A DNA stretch of 64,000 nucleotides from an uncultured Spirochaetota bacterium (GCA_963734545.1 CAVTHO010000006.1:352001-416000), one strand, 5' to 3'. Shown: positions 50,257 through 61,235, numbered from the stretch's first letter. Made by a program: numbers and translations. The notes: generated by a model not told the origin, from the sequence alone.

Positions 50257-50423
50257 CCCGGCAACGCGGCGCCAGCATGCGTCATTTGAAGGATACCTGG
50301 CAGCCGGTATAGCGTTTGTTCCATTCTTATTAATGGTTGGAACACTTTGTCGTTAATATGGACGTGAAATGGTCCACGTGGCGAGCGCGCGCGGCGTGAA
50401 ATACGACCCGGCCCTCGCCTTCC

Positions 50424-51509
50424 CTACTTGCCGCCAGGCTTTTCCACGATCGTGGCGGCCCACAGGACCGATCCGACCGCTTCCTTTGCGTTCAGCGTTT
50501 TCGGATAGTTGATGTAATCCGCGTAGCTGCGCTGGACGCCCAGGCCGTCGCATGCGTCGTGAATGTCGACCAGGCCGTCCTTTGCCAGCGCGGCTTTTGT
50601 GCGAATCCCCTCGTATCCCTTCTTCACCACCGGTCCGTACTGTTCCGCGCCCGCGCATCCCAGCTCGATTGCGCGCTGAATCGCGTAGACGAACATGGCG
50701 CTGCCGGACGTGTCGTGCCAGTTGTCCGGCCTGTCTCCCTTGTCCACGACCTGGTACCAGAGACCTGTTTCAAGGTCCTGCACGCGCGCCAGTCCCTCCA
50801 CGAGGTCACGCAGGATTGTGCGCACCTTCTCCCTTCCCGCGTGCCCGGCCGGGAGAAGGGACAGGGTTTCCGCGAGTATCAGGGCATACCAGCCCAGTCC
50901 CTCTGACCACACCTCGGGTGAAAGTCCGGTCTTCCTGTCCGCCCACGCGGCATGCCTGGCCTCGTCCCAGCCGTGGAGGAACAATCCCGTCTTTCCCTTC
51001 CGGCAGTGAGTGTCCAGCGAGGTGATCTGCCGGACCGCCTCGTCGAAGCAATAGGCGGCGTCACCGACCGCGGCGCCGTAGCGCGTGAGGAACATCTGCC
51101 CCATGAAGACGCCGTCGATCCACATCTCGTGGGGGAGGTCGCGCGCATGCCAGAATCCGCCGTCGGAATTGCGCGGGTAGTCGTCGAAGCGCTCGCGGAT
51201 CTTTCGCGCCGCGCGCAGATACCGGGCGTCCCCCGTCTTCTGGTACAGCGCGACGATGATCGTGCCGCTCATCATGTCGTCGAGGCTTTCCCCCGTGAAA
51301 GCGGGAATGCTCCCGTCCACGGCCACCTGCCCGTCCACGTACTTCCTGATGTAGGCGAGGTACCGGGGGTCGCCGGTACATGCGTGCAGCTTCTCGAAAC
51401 CGGCCAGGACATACCCATGGACGTAGCACCACCTCTTGTAGGGAATTGTCCAGGGGTCGGGATACCGCGTGAGGATCGTGTCCGCCAGGGCAATGGAAAT
51501 GGGCTTCAT
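50424..51509 (-). CDS. GH105/GH88 unsaturated glycuronyl hydrolase
   Basis: W.Y..G, LDD, GGFWH, MWIDGVFM, HGWD, WSEGLGW, TSGSAM. Confidence 0.9.
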   Translation of the reverse strand: MKPISIALADTILTRYPDPWTIPYKRWCYVHGYVLAGFEKLHACTGDPRYLAYIRKYVDGQVAVDGSIPAFTGESLDDMMSGTIIVALYQKTGDARYLRAARKIRERFDDYPRNSDGGFWHARDLPHEMWIDGVFMGQMFLTRYGAAVGDAAYCFDEAVRQITSLDTHCRKGKTGLFLHGWDEARHAAWADRKTGLSPEVWSEGLGWYALILAETLSLLPAGHAGREKVRTILRDLVEGLARVQDLETGLWYQVVDKGDRPDNWHDTSGSAMFVYAIQRAIELGCAGAEQYGPVVKKGYEGIRTKAALAKDGLVDIHDACDGLGVQRSYADYINYPKTLNAKEAVGSVLWAATIVEKPGGK

Positions 51510-54500
51510 GATCTCCCCTCGCGGGCGGAGGCGAGCAGGAGCTTGAGCCGGTTGAGCTGATTCACCTCGCTCGCACCCGGGTCGTAGTCGATCGCCGCGA
51601 TGGTGGCTTCCGGGTGGCGCTTGCGCAGCTCCCGGATCATGCCTTTGCCCGTCACGTGGTTGGGGAGGCAGGCGAATGGCTGGATGCAGGCGATTGCGGT
51701 CACCCCTTCTTCCATCAGCTCCACCATCTCCGCGGTAAGAAACCAGCCCTCCCCGGTGACGTTACCCAGCTGCACGATGCCGTCCACCCCGCGCGCGAGC
51801 TTGTAGATCGAGTGCGGCGGATTGAAGCGCCGGGACCGGGCCAGCGCGCGCTTCTGCGGCACGCGGAGGAGCTCCAGCCCGGCGATGGCTGCCCGTGACA
51901 GAAGCGCGCCGCCCAGGCTTCCGGCCAGCTTTCGGTGCCGGAACTGGCCGCCATGCGAAGCGTAGAGAAGAAAATCCGCGAGGTCGGGCACGACGGCTTC
52001 CGCTGCCTTCGGACTCGATCATCTCCACTATCCCGTTGTTTGCCGTGGGATGGAATTTCACCAGGATCTCACCGACCACTCCGACCCGAGGTTTTCGCTC
52101 GCCGCTCAGGGGGAGCGCATCGAAATCCCGGACCATGTCCCGTATCGTGCGGCCGTAGCGTCGGAATCCGGGACGCGCAAGGGCCTCCCGACACCGCGCG
52201 GTCCACTCATGGCACAGCTTCCGGGCAGCGCCCGGCGTGGTCTCGTACGGCCGCACCCTGTAGAGCATCCTCATCAGGAGATCGCCGTAGATCACGGCCA
52301 TGAGCCCTCGGCAAAGAAGTCCCCAGGACAATCGGAAGCCGGGATTGCGCTCCAGGCCCATGGCGTTCATGGAGATCACCGGCACATGCCCCATGCCGGC
52401 ATCGGCCAGCGCCTTGCGTATGAAGGCGATGTAATTGGTGGCACGGCATCCCCCGCCTGTCTGCGACATGAGCAGCGCCGTGCGCGACAGGTCGTAGCGG
52501 CCCGAGCGGAGCGCGGCCATCATCTGTCCGACCACGAGAATCGAGGGGAAGCACGCGTCATTGTTGACGGACGTGAGGCCCTCGTTGATCGCGTCCCGAT
52601 CCACGTCCGGCAGGATTTCCAGTCGATAGCCCGACAGCCGAAAGGCCTCTTCCAGGATCCGGAAGTGTATCGGGGACATCTGGGGGGCGAGGATCGTGTA
52701 GCTCTTCCGCATTTCCCTGGTGAACACGGGCCGCGGCTTCGGCGCGGGGCTTTCCCGGGGGAACGCGCGGCTGCTTTTCCGCGCATCCAGCGCGGCCCTG
52801 AGCGAGCGCAGGCGTATGCGCACGGCGCCCAGGTTGGACTGCTCGTCCACCTTGATGACCGTGTGGATCTTCCCGCGCCTCTCGAGGATCTCCTGGACCT
52901 GGTCCGCGGTGACCGCGTCCAGCCCGCAGCCGAAGGAGTTGATCTGCACCAGGGCAAGGTCGTCCCGCTCCGCCGCGAGGCTGGCCGCGGCGTACAGCCG
53001 CGTGTGGTAGACCCACTGGTCCACGACGCGAAGCGGCCTCTCGATCCTGCCCAGGTGCGCAACGGAGTCCTCTGTCAGCACCGCCATGCCCAGGGAAACG
53101 GCAAGCTCCGCGATTCCGTGATTGATCTCAGGGTCAAGGTGGTAGGGCCGGCCCGCCAGGATGACGCCCCGGAGGCCGCGGCGGCGGATCTCGCGCAGCG
53201 TCTCCTCTCCCTTTGCGCGCACCTCCGCCTTGAACCGCGCCTGTTCGGCCCGGCCCTTGTCCACCGCAGACCCGATCTCCGCCTTCGTCACGCCGGCCCA
53301 GGCAAGCTCTTCCACGAGCCGCTTCTTCAGCCGCCCGGGGTCCTGGAGCGGGAGAAAGGGATTGGCATAACGGACCGTCCCGTGCCTGACGCCGTCGATG
53401 TTGTTGAGCACCACCTCGGGGTAGGAGGCCACGATCGGGCAGTTGAAATGATTGCGCGCCCCGGGGTCTTCCTTGGTGCCGTGCGGCACGCAGGGATAGA
53501 ACAGGAACGGAACGCCCTCCTTCAACAAGCGCATGACGTGGCCGTGCACGAGCTTCCCCGGGTAGCACACCGATTCGGAGGGTATGGTCTCGATGCCCGC
53601 CTCATAGACGGACTTGCTGGACCGGGGGGAGAGCTTCACCGAGAACCCCAGCGACGTGAAAACGGTGAACCAGAACGGGTAGTCCTCGTAGAGGTTGAGC
53701 ACCCGGGGAATTCCGACTATGCCGCGGGGCGCTTTTCCGGGGTCCAGGGAGGAATAGCGGAACACGCGGTCGTACTTCCATGCGAACAGGTTGGGCAGCG
53801 GAAGCGGCGCGGCGGCCTGGGACGGGGCCGTGCCGCGGGGTACAGACGCCGCGCCGCGCTCGCACCGGTTGCCGGACGCGTAGGCGCGCGTGTCTGAAAA
53901 GCGCGTGATCGTGACGAGGCAGTTGTTCGCGCATCTGCCGCAGCGCTCCAGGAGCGTGGCGGTCCGCAGCCCTTCCAGCTCATTCAGCTCGAGCAGCGTG
54001 CTGCATGCGCCGTGCGCGCCCCGGGCCGCCCTGTCCCGGGCAATCAGCGCGGCGCCGAACGCGCCCATGAGACCGGCGATGTCCGGGCGGACCGCCTCGC
54101 GTCCTGAAACCAGCTCGAAGGCGCGCAGCACCGCGTCGTTCGCGAACGTGCCCCCCTGGACGATCACGCGCTCTCCGAGCTGCCCGGGATCATGCAGACG
54201 AATCACCTTCTGCAGGGCGTTCCTGATCACCGAGTAGGAGAGCCCCGCGGAGATGTCCCCGATCGATGCGCCCTCCTTCTGGGCCTGCTTCACGCGAGAG
54301 TTCATGAACACCGTGCAGCGCGATCCAAGGTCCACGGGCGCCTTTGCGCCGAGCGCCTCCCGGGAGAACTCCTCGATCGTCAGCCCGAGGGAGCGGGCAA
54401 AGGTCTCCAGGAAGGAGCCGCAGCCGGAGGAGCAGGCCTCGTTGAGGAGCACGGAGGAGATTGCCCCGTCGCGCAGGCGGAGGAATTTCATGTCCTGTCC

Positions 54501-55788
54501 GCCGATGTCGAGGATGGCATCCACTCCGGGCAGAAACTGTGAAGCCGCGGTGTAATGGGCGATGGTCTCCACCTCTCCCTCGTCCAGGGCCAGGGCCTCC
54601 TTGACCAGCGCTTCTCCATAGCCGGTGGAGCAGGAGCGCGCGATCCACGCGCCTGCCGGCAGGGCGCGGCGCAGCTCCGTCACCATCCGGACCGCCACGG
54701 AGAGAGGGCTGCCGCCATTTCCCTCGTACGCGGACCACGCGATTGCGCCCGCGGAGTCCACGAGCACGGCCTTTGTCGTGGTGGACCCCGCGTCGATGCC
54801 GAGAAAGCAGGGCCCCCGCGCGCGGGAAAGCTCGATCCTGCGGGCGCGCGCCCGGCCGTGTCTTTCCCGGAAGTCGGCAATCTCCGCGCTGCCGAGGAAG
54901 AGGGCGCGCAGCCGGCCGACGTCACGCGTCTCCGCGCGGCACAGGCTCTGCGCCCTGTCCCGCAGTTCCCGCAGGGACAGGGCCGCGTGACCGTGCGAGG
55001 CGATGGCCGCTCCCATTGCGACGAAGAGCTGCGCCTGCTCAGGCACGCGCACCTCGCTCGGCTTCAGGCCGAGGGTGGCCATGAACAGCCTCCGCGTTTC
55101 CGGCAGGAAGTGAAGCGGGCCGCCGAGGAAGGCAACCGTGCCCCGGATGGGCTTGCCGCAGGCCAGGCCGGAAATGGTCTGGTTGACGACCGCCTGCAGG
55201 ATGCTTGCCGCGATATCCTCCCGCCGCGCCCCCTCGTTGATGAGAGGCTGCACGTCGGTCTTTGCGAACACTCCGCAGCGCGCCGCGATCGGGTAGATCG
55301 TTTCGTGGCCGCGCGCGAGCTCGTTCAGGCCTGCCGCGTCGGTGGAAAGGAGGGTCGCCATCTGGTCGATGAAGGCTCCCGTGCCTCCCGCGCAGGTCCC
55401 GTTCATGCGCTGCTCCAGGCCGCCGGCAAAATACGTGATCTTTGCGTCCTCCCCGCCGAGCTCTATGGCAACATCCGTGTCGGGGAGAAACCGGCGCACG
55501 GCCCGGGAGCCCGCGATGACCTCCTGAACGAACGGCAGCTCCAGCCACTGCGAAACGGAAAGCCCGCCTGAGCCTGTTACCGCCACTCTCACGTCGAGGT
55601 CCTGGCCGGGGGCGGCAAGAGCATCATGCGCCGCCTCGATCACCGCAAAGAGCGTGCCCCGGATATCGGCCTTGTGGCGCTCGTAGCTGCCATAGAGGAG
55701 CCGGTCGATCCGCGTCCAGGATCGCGAGCTTCACGGTGGTCGAGCCGACATCGATGCCGGCGCGCAGCGCCCCGGCGGAGCGTGTCAC
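51506..55788 (-). CDS. Double ASKHA-ATPase (BadF/BcrA) plus DUF2229 CoA-substrate activase / 2-hydroxyacyl-CoA dehydratase-like fusion (two frameshifts)
   Basis: GIDVGSTT, ELGGEDAK, CAGGTG, GIDAGSTT, DIGGQD, CSSGCG, SFGCG, QPFACLPNH. Confidence 0.9.
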
Positions 55789-56393
55789 GATTCGACAGCC
55801 TCCCGACGCCAGTAATCCCTGCCCCCGCCTTCCCGGTTCATGAGCCGGAGCTCCACGAGGCAGCGGCGCAGCGTGGCAGTGTCGTCGCTGTAGCGCGAAA
55901 GTATCTCATTCACTTTTTTCTCGCTGTAACGGATACCGGGTTTGAAGTCCCGCAGCACGTGCCGCAGGAGCACGAGGAGTTTCTTCTCCTGCGAGGGAAA
56001 CGCGGTAAACCTGCCGTCAGGCCCGGTAAAAGCGGCCAGGACCTTCCTGTCGAAGGTGCTCCGGTCGATGCCCTCCGCGAGCTCAGGCAGCCGCTCCGTC
56101 TTCAGCAGACGGCGGGCCATGTCGGAAAGCGCGTCCGGCTTCAGCGAATACACGCTGTAGTGACCTTCTGCCCGGGCGCTGACCAGGCCCGCGTCGGCGA
56201 GCCGGGACAGGTGGTGGGAGACCGTGGACTCCCCGAGACTGAGGAGCGCGGAAAGCTGTTCCACCGGGTAGGCCTGCTGGGCAAGAAGGCCGACGATCTT
56301 CAGCCTGCTCGGATCGGCGAGCGCGCGGAAGAAGCCGAGAAGCTCCCCGGCGCTTCCTTCCTGCGCAAGCAGGGGAGATGATTCTATGTGCAT
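55785..56393 (-). CDS. ArsR/SmtB HTH plus DUF2087 regulator
   Basis: FRALADPSRLKI, STVSHHL..L, FP...KK, YSEKKVN, D.ATLRR.LV. Confidence 0.9.
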   Translation of the reverse strand: MHIESSPLLAQEGSAGELLGFFRALADPSRLKIVGLLAQQAYPVEQLSALLSLGESTVSHHLSRLADAGLVSARAEGHYSVYSLKPDALSDMARRLLKTERLPELAEGIDRSTFDRKVLAAFTGPDGRFTAFPSQEKKLLVLLRHVLRDFKPGIRYSEKKVNEILSRYSDDTATLRRCLVELRLMNREGGGRDYWRREAVES

Positions 56394-56428
56394 AGAATTG
56401 ATTCTACATGCATCGAAATGGTTGTCAA
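56381..56428 (-). promoter_or_regulatory. ArsR promoter and autoregulatory operator
   Basis: Minus-strand TTGACA 56428-56423, 16 nt, TAGAAT 56406-56401. Perfect ATTCTATG-N2-CATAGAAT 56381-56398 over the start codon, with a degenerate copy from 56401. Confidence 0.75.
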
Positions 56429-56457
56429 GCACGCTCAATCAGGCTAATGTGCCTTCC

Positions 56458-57456
56458 GTGAATTGCCTCGTCATGGGCGGAGCCGGCATGCTGGGCTACG
56501 AGATCGTGCGCCAGCTCTGCGCCGCGGGCAGGCACGTGCGCGTCCTGGACCTGGCGCCAATCCCCGAGCCTCGCTGCGAGGGCTTCCTGGAGACGCGCAT
56601 CGGGGACATCCGCAGCCTCCGCGACGTCGAGGAAGCATGCGCCGGGATGGATGTCGTGTTCCAGACTGCTGCCGCGGTCTGGGACGTGCGGACACCGCCG
56701 CGTTTGTACGAGGAGGTCAATGTCGGGGGCAATCGCCTGGTCATCGAGACCTGCCGGCGGCTGGGCGTGCCCCGGCTCATCTACACGAGCTCGATGGACG
56801 TCGTGGTCGACGGGAGGAAACCGATCGTCGATGGGGACGAGTCACTGCCGTACCCCGCGCGCATGCCACGTGACCCCTACAGCCGGACCAAGATTCTTGC
56901 TGAGCGGATGGTGCTCGAGGCGAACAGCCCGGGCCTTGCCACGTGCGCCCTGCGACCCGTGGGCATGTACGGCCCCCGGGACAAGTACCACCTGGGCAAC
57001 ATCATCGGCATGGCGAGGAAGGGAGTCTCGCTCAGGCTCGGCGATGGATCGGCGCGGTTCAGCCACGCATACTCGGAAAACGTGGCGCACGCGCACCTGC
57101 TTGCCGCGGCGAGCCTGCGACCGGGGTCGGTATCGGCGGGGCAGAGCTACTTCATCTGCGACCATTTTCCCGCGGACAACCTCTTCGATTTCATGGAGCC
57201 CTTCCTGCGCGAGCTGGGCCTGCCGGTACCCCGGCGCGCCATCCCGTATCGGCTGGCATATGCGCTTGCCGCGGTGGCCGAGATCGTGGCGCCGCGCTCC
57301 CGCTTCAACAGGTTTGCCGTGATCCAGACCTGCATCGACCACACGTTCGTGCACGCAAAAGCAGAGCGGGACCTGGGCTATCGGCCCATCGTGTCCCGCG
57401 AGGAGGCTTTCAGGCGCAGCCTTGCGTGGCTGAGGGACGGGGGAAGCGCGCCGTAG
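56458..57456 (+). CDS. 3-beta-HSD-like NAD-dependent epimerase/dehydratase
   Basis: GGAGMLG, YTSSMDVV, YSRTK, LRP..MYGP.D, ENVAHAH. Confidence 0.88.
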   Translation: MNCLVMGGAGMLGYEIVRQLCAAGRHVRVLDLAPIPEPRCEGFLETRIGDIRSLRDVEEACAGMDVVFQTAAAVWDVRTPPRLYEEVNVGGNRLVIETCRRLGVPRLIYTSSMDVVVDGRKPIVDGDESLPYPARMPRDPYSRTKILAERMVLEANSPGLATCALRPVGMYGPRDKYHLGNIIGMARKGVSLRLGDGSARFSHAYSENVAHAHLLAAASLRPGSVSAGQSYFICDHFPADNLFDFMEPFLRELGLPVPRRAIPYRLAYALAAVAEIVAPRSRFNRFAVIQTCIDHTFVHAKAERDLGYRPIVSREEAFRRSLAWLRDGGSAP

Positions 57457-58303
57457 CCCTCCGCAGAAGATAAACCTTGTCGATTTCCGGCAGCACGCAT
57501 TTCACGTCCAAACCGGCGATTCTTCGAACGGCATCTTCGCGGTCAACCGTGTTGAAGGCGAACATTCCGAAGTGATGGCACATGAGGAGCGGTATCCCCG
57601 CGCCCCGGCAAAGCCCCGCTGCTTCCTCCAGCGTGAAATTGCCGGCAATACCGCGCTCGCTCAAGAACGCGCTGCGCCCGTTGATCGGCAGAAGGGCCAG
57701 GTCGATGGCGCGCTTTCGAAGCGCCTCCTCCAGCCCGTCGTAGGGAATGCAGTCTCCCGAGTGATACAGGCGCACTCCGCCCAGGGTCAGGATGTAGCCG
57801 AGGTGAAGATGGTCTCCGCTCTCATTCACTGCCAGCGTTTCATGCGCGGAGGCAAGCGCTTCCACTTCAGCGCCGCCGGGAAGAGGCAGCGATTGCCCCG
57901 CGGCGAGTCCCTCCAGCCTCTCCTTCCGGATGCCCAGGCTCATCGCGTGCTTCAGCTCGGCACGCGGCACTATCATGCGGCAGTCCGGGCAGGCGGCCGC
58001 AATCGGGGGAAGCGTACCCGGGTCCATGTGATCTCCGTGCCGGTGGGTACAGAAAACCGCGTCAACGCCTCGAAGCTCTTCCGGCAGGATCGGCGGGGAC
58101 ATCATGCGCGTATGCGGAAACTCTTTTCCCTCGTACTTTTTTGCCAGCGAGTCGGAGAGGTAGGGATCGATGATGAAGAGCCGTTGGTTCCACCTCAGGG
58201 CGAACCCTGCCTGGCCCAGCCAGTGCAGCGCCACGGTCGAAGGCTCAGCCAGCGGACGCGCCAGCGCCTGCGCCAGCGGCTCTCCGAGCGGGAGGACTTC
58301 CAC
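57410..58303 (-). CDS. MBL-fold metallo-hydrolase (UlaG-like)
   Basis: WLGQAGF, IDPYLS, THRHGDHMD, YHSGD, LPING, HFGMF. Confidence 0.88.
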   Translation of the reverse strand: MEVLPLGEPLAQALARPLAEPSTVALHWLGQAGFALRWNQRLFIIDPYLSDSLAKKYEGKEFPHTRMMSPPILPEELRGVDAVFCTHRHGDHMDPGTLPPIAAACPDCRMIVPRAELKHAMSLGIRKERLEGLAAGQSLPLPGGAEVEALASAHETLAVNESGDHLHLGYILTLGGVRLYHSGDCIPYDGLEEALRKRAIDLALLPINGRSAFLSERGIAGNFTLEEAAGLCRGAGIPLLMCHHFGMFAFNTVDREDAVRRIAGLDVKCVLPEIDKVYLLRRATARFPRPSATQGCA

Positions 58304-58368
58304 GAATCCGCCGGGTACGGGAATACCCGTTCGGGGAATACCCCGTACGTCGGCGCCCACGCCCCGTC

Positions 58369-58779
58369 TCACTCTCCCCGCCAGCGTCCGCGAAGGAGGA
58401 CAGGGCTCATGTCGAGATCGTTGACAACGTACCACGTGCGGCCCAGCGTGACCTCGGGATGGATCTCGTCGTGCTCGGGGGCGATAAAGACGTCGTCGTA
58501 CCGGGGAGGACGCTTCAACGTCAGCACGTGATGGTAGGTCTTTCCGTCCTTTCTGAACCACTCCTCCCAGATCAGCTCCTCCAGCAGGGACTTTCTCGGC
58601 ACCGCATGGACAATGCGGCCGAGCGGGGGGGCATCGCGCACGATCCACTCATGGTGATCATACACGCGGGCATTGCCGCGCGTGAAACGCTTCTCGAACA
58701 GCTCGGAGAAATCGAGCTGCAGGAGAGGGAAGGCCTGCGCCACTCCCCGCGCCTTCAGCGTGTCGATGAGATTCGCCAT
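58369..58779 (-). CDS. Hypothetical protein
   Basis: Protein-like composition. TATACT 6 nt upstream of the ATG. Confidence 0.6.
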   Translation of the reverse strand: MANLIDTLKARGVAQAFPLLQLDFSELFEKRFTRGNARVYDHHEWIVRDAPPLGRIVHAVPRKSLLEELIWEEWFRKDGKTYHHVLTLKRPPRYDDVFIAPEHDEIHPEVTLGRTWYVVNDLDMSPVLLRGRWRGE

Positions 58780-58877
58780 GAGGCCAGTATAGCGCGGCCG
58801 TCTCGGCGACGTAAGCCGCCGCACAAGCGCCGCCGCGGACTACCGCGGCGCAGACTCGTCCTGTATACTGGACGCCT

Positions 58878-60083
58878 ATGACGCACACCAGCGAGAAGGT
58901 CCTCGATTCCGCCCGGAAGCTCCGCGACCACGCAGCGGAAACCCTTTCCACCATCGTCAGGATTCCCTCTTTCAGCGGGAAGGAGGAATCCGTGTGCCGG
59001 AAGATCGCCGCCCTGTGCACCGAGGCGGGCTTCGACGAGGTGAAATTCGACGGCCTGGGGAGCGTGATTGCGCGCGTGGGCCGGGGCCCCCGCAAGCTGG
59101 CCATCGACGCGCACGTGGACACGGTAGGAGTGGGGGACCCGGCGGGCTGGGAGACCGACCCGTTCTCCGGCCTGATCGGGGACGGCCTGGTGCGGGGCCG
59201 GGGAACCGCCGACCAGAAGGGCGGCGCCGCCGCCATGATAACGGCCGGCGCGATACTGAAGCAGCTGCACTACGACGGCGAGTTCAGCGTGTACTTCACC
59301 TTCACCGTGCTGGAGGAGGACTGCGACGGTCTCTGCTGGATGTACCTTATCGAGAAAGAGGGCCTGGTTCCCGAGTTCGCGGTGTCCACCGAGCCCACGA
59401 GCTGCCGGCTGTATCGAGGCCACAGGGGCAGAATGGAGATCGAAGCCACCGTGCGCGGCGTCTCGGCGCACGGCAGCGCCCCCGAGCGCGGGGTGAGCGC
59501 GGCGTACAAGGCGGCCCGCGCGGCGCTGGCCGTGGAGAAAATGAACACCCGGCTTGCCAGCGATGATTTCCTCGGCAAGGGCACGGTCGTCGTGTCGAGA
59601 ATCACCGTGCAGGGCCCCAGCCAATGCGCCGTCCCCGACCAGGGCTCACTCTATCTGGACCGACGGCTGACGTGGGGCGAGACTGCGGAAAGCGCGCTCG
59701 AACAGGTACGCCAGGCCATGGGAAAAGACGCGGAGAAGGTGACAATGCCGCAGTATGAGGGCAAGGGGTGGAATGGAGCCCGGTACACGCAGGACCTGTA
59801 CTTTCCCACATGGAAGATTCCGGAGGACCACCCCCTCTTCAAAGGCGGCAAGGAGGCCTGCCAGGCGCTTTTCGGCCGGCTTCCCGAAACCGGGAAATGG
59901 ACATTCAGCACGAACTGCGTGGCCATCTGCGGCGCGCATGGCATCCCGTGCATCGGCTTCGGTCCCGGCGACGAGGACAAGGCGCACGCGCCCAATGAGC
60001 ACACGAGGATCGAGGACCTCGTGACCTGCAGTGCTTTTTACGCGATGCTTCCTCTGGCGCTGGAGAAAAAAGAGAAGGCCTGA
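58878..60083 (+). CDS. ygeY: YgeY family M20 hydrolase
   Basis: DAHVDTV, GRGTADQKGG, EEDCDG, GHRGR, W.FSTN, GFGPG, AH.PNE. Confidence 0.85.
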   Translation: MTHTSEKVLDSARKLRDHAAETLSTIVRIPSFSGKEESVCRKIAALCTEAGFDEVKFDGLGSVIARVGRGPRKLAIDAHVDTVGVGDPAGWETDPFSGLIGDGLVRGRGTADQKGGAAAMITAGAILKQLHYDGEFSVYFTFTVLEEDCDGLCWMYLIEKEGLVPEFAVSTEPTSCRLYRGHRGRMEIEATVRGVSAHGSAPERGVSAAYKAARAALAVEKMNTRLASDDFLGKGTVVVSRITVQGPSQCAVPDQGSLYLDRRLTWGETAESALEQVRQAMGKDAEKVTMPQYEGKGWNGARYTQDLYFPTWKIPEDHPLFKGGKEACQALFGRLPETGKWTFSTNCVAICGAHGIPCIGFGPGDEDKAHAPNEHTRIEDLVTCSAFYAMLPLALEKKEKA

Positions 60084-60113
60084 AAGCTCTGCGCCTGCGC
60101 GCCCCGGGACCGT

Positions 60114-61235
60114 CTATCGGGCGGCCTGGCGCGCCACGTCCTCCCAGACTGCCCGGGGAAGCGGGTGCAGCCCGGGCTTCTGCGCGCGCGCCTCATCCGA
60201 GAACACATACCGCAGACCTGCCAGCATGGCCGCCATGGTGATGTCGAACGAGTTCAATGTGTCACCCTGCCCGGCCGTGAGGTTGGCCATGGAGCCGCCG
60301 GCGAAAAGGTACACGGTCTTCCCTCCCCGCTGCGCTTCCTCCACAAAGGGAATCACTTCCCGCAGGCTGCCCAGGGCAGCCGTCTCGATCTCATCCGCCG
60401 TATGCCCCACGTTCATGAGAATGCAGCCGTCCGCGAGCCGTTCGAAATGCCGCGCGTTCAGCACGTGACGGGCGCCCGTGGCGGTGACGATCACGTCCGC
60501 TCCCGGCACCAGCTCCTCCAGCGGCCCGGTGGGAAAACCGTCATAGCGCGCGCTCAGGGCCCGGGCAGGATCCCTTTCCGTGACCCTCACCGTGCCGCCC
60601 AACCCGCGTGCGGTGAGCGCCACTCCCTGGCCGACCGGCCCGTACCCGACGACGAGGACGTTTTTCCTGTGCAGGCTGAGCTGGGTGCACTGGGTGAATG
60701 CCTGCCAGGCGCTTTGACCCACGAGGTACCTGTTGTGGAGCCCTTCCTTGATGGGCACATCGTCGCAGTTGAAGATCGGATAGCGCGGCACCTGCCCGGC
60801 CGCGGCCAGCCCGGCCAGCCGGGAAATCCCCGAGCCGGTGGATTCCATCCCCGCAGCTACCTGGACGTCGGCCCTGCCGGTCATCGCGGCCGCGGACAGG
60901 CTCGCGCCCATCTCGAACAGGTGGGTCGGCGCCCAGGCCAGGGCTCTCCGCTCTGCCTCTGCCATGTCCGTCCCGGACATGCCCCTCCACGCGGGGCACA
61001 CGGCGCCCCTGGCGCCGAGCCATTCGACCACCTCGTCCCGGACCGTGGAGGGATTGCAGGTGGTGAGGAAGACGGCCGCGCCGTGCTGGAGAATGGCCTC
61101 CAGCGCGGAGACCACTTTCGGCTCCAGGTGGATGGAGCAGGCCAGCCGCACGCCGTCCAGCCGGGGCAGAGCGTCGCACTGCGCGCGGGTGAGGGGCATG
61201 TGCCGGCGGATCCAGGAAAGATTCTGATCGGTCAT
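60114..61235 (-). CDS. Divergent adenosylhomocysteinase-like protein
   Basis: SIHLEPK, NP.TV.D, K...NRY, GYGPVG.G, TATG, NVGH. Confidence 0.8.
   Translation of the reverse strand: MTDQNLSWIRRHMPLTRAQCDALPRLDGVRLACSIHLEPKVVSALEAILQHGAAVFLTTCNPSTVRDEVVEWLGARGAVCPAWRGMSGTDMAEAERRALAWAPTHLFEMGASLSAAAMTGRADVQVAAGMESTGSGISRLAGLAAAGQVPRYPIFNCDDVPIKEGLHNRYLVGQSAWQAFTQCTQLSLHRKNVLVVGYGPVGQGVALTARGLGGTVRVTERDPARALSARYDGFPTGPLEELVPGADVIVTATGARHVLNARHFERLADGCILMNVGHTADEIETAALGSLREVIPFVEEAQRGGKTVYLFAGGSMANLTAGQGDTLNSFDITMAAMLAGLRYVFSDEARAQKPGLHPLPRAVWEDVARQAAR

Noticed and set aside
58831-58850. CGCCGCGG-ACTA-CCGCGGCG hairpin as a terminator
   Set aside because: It lies between divergent genes with no U-tract, and 8-bp GC stems are common at this GC content.
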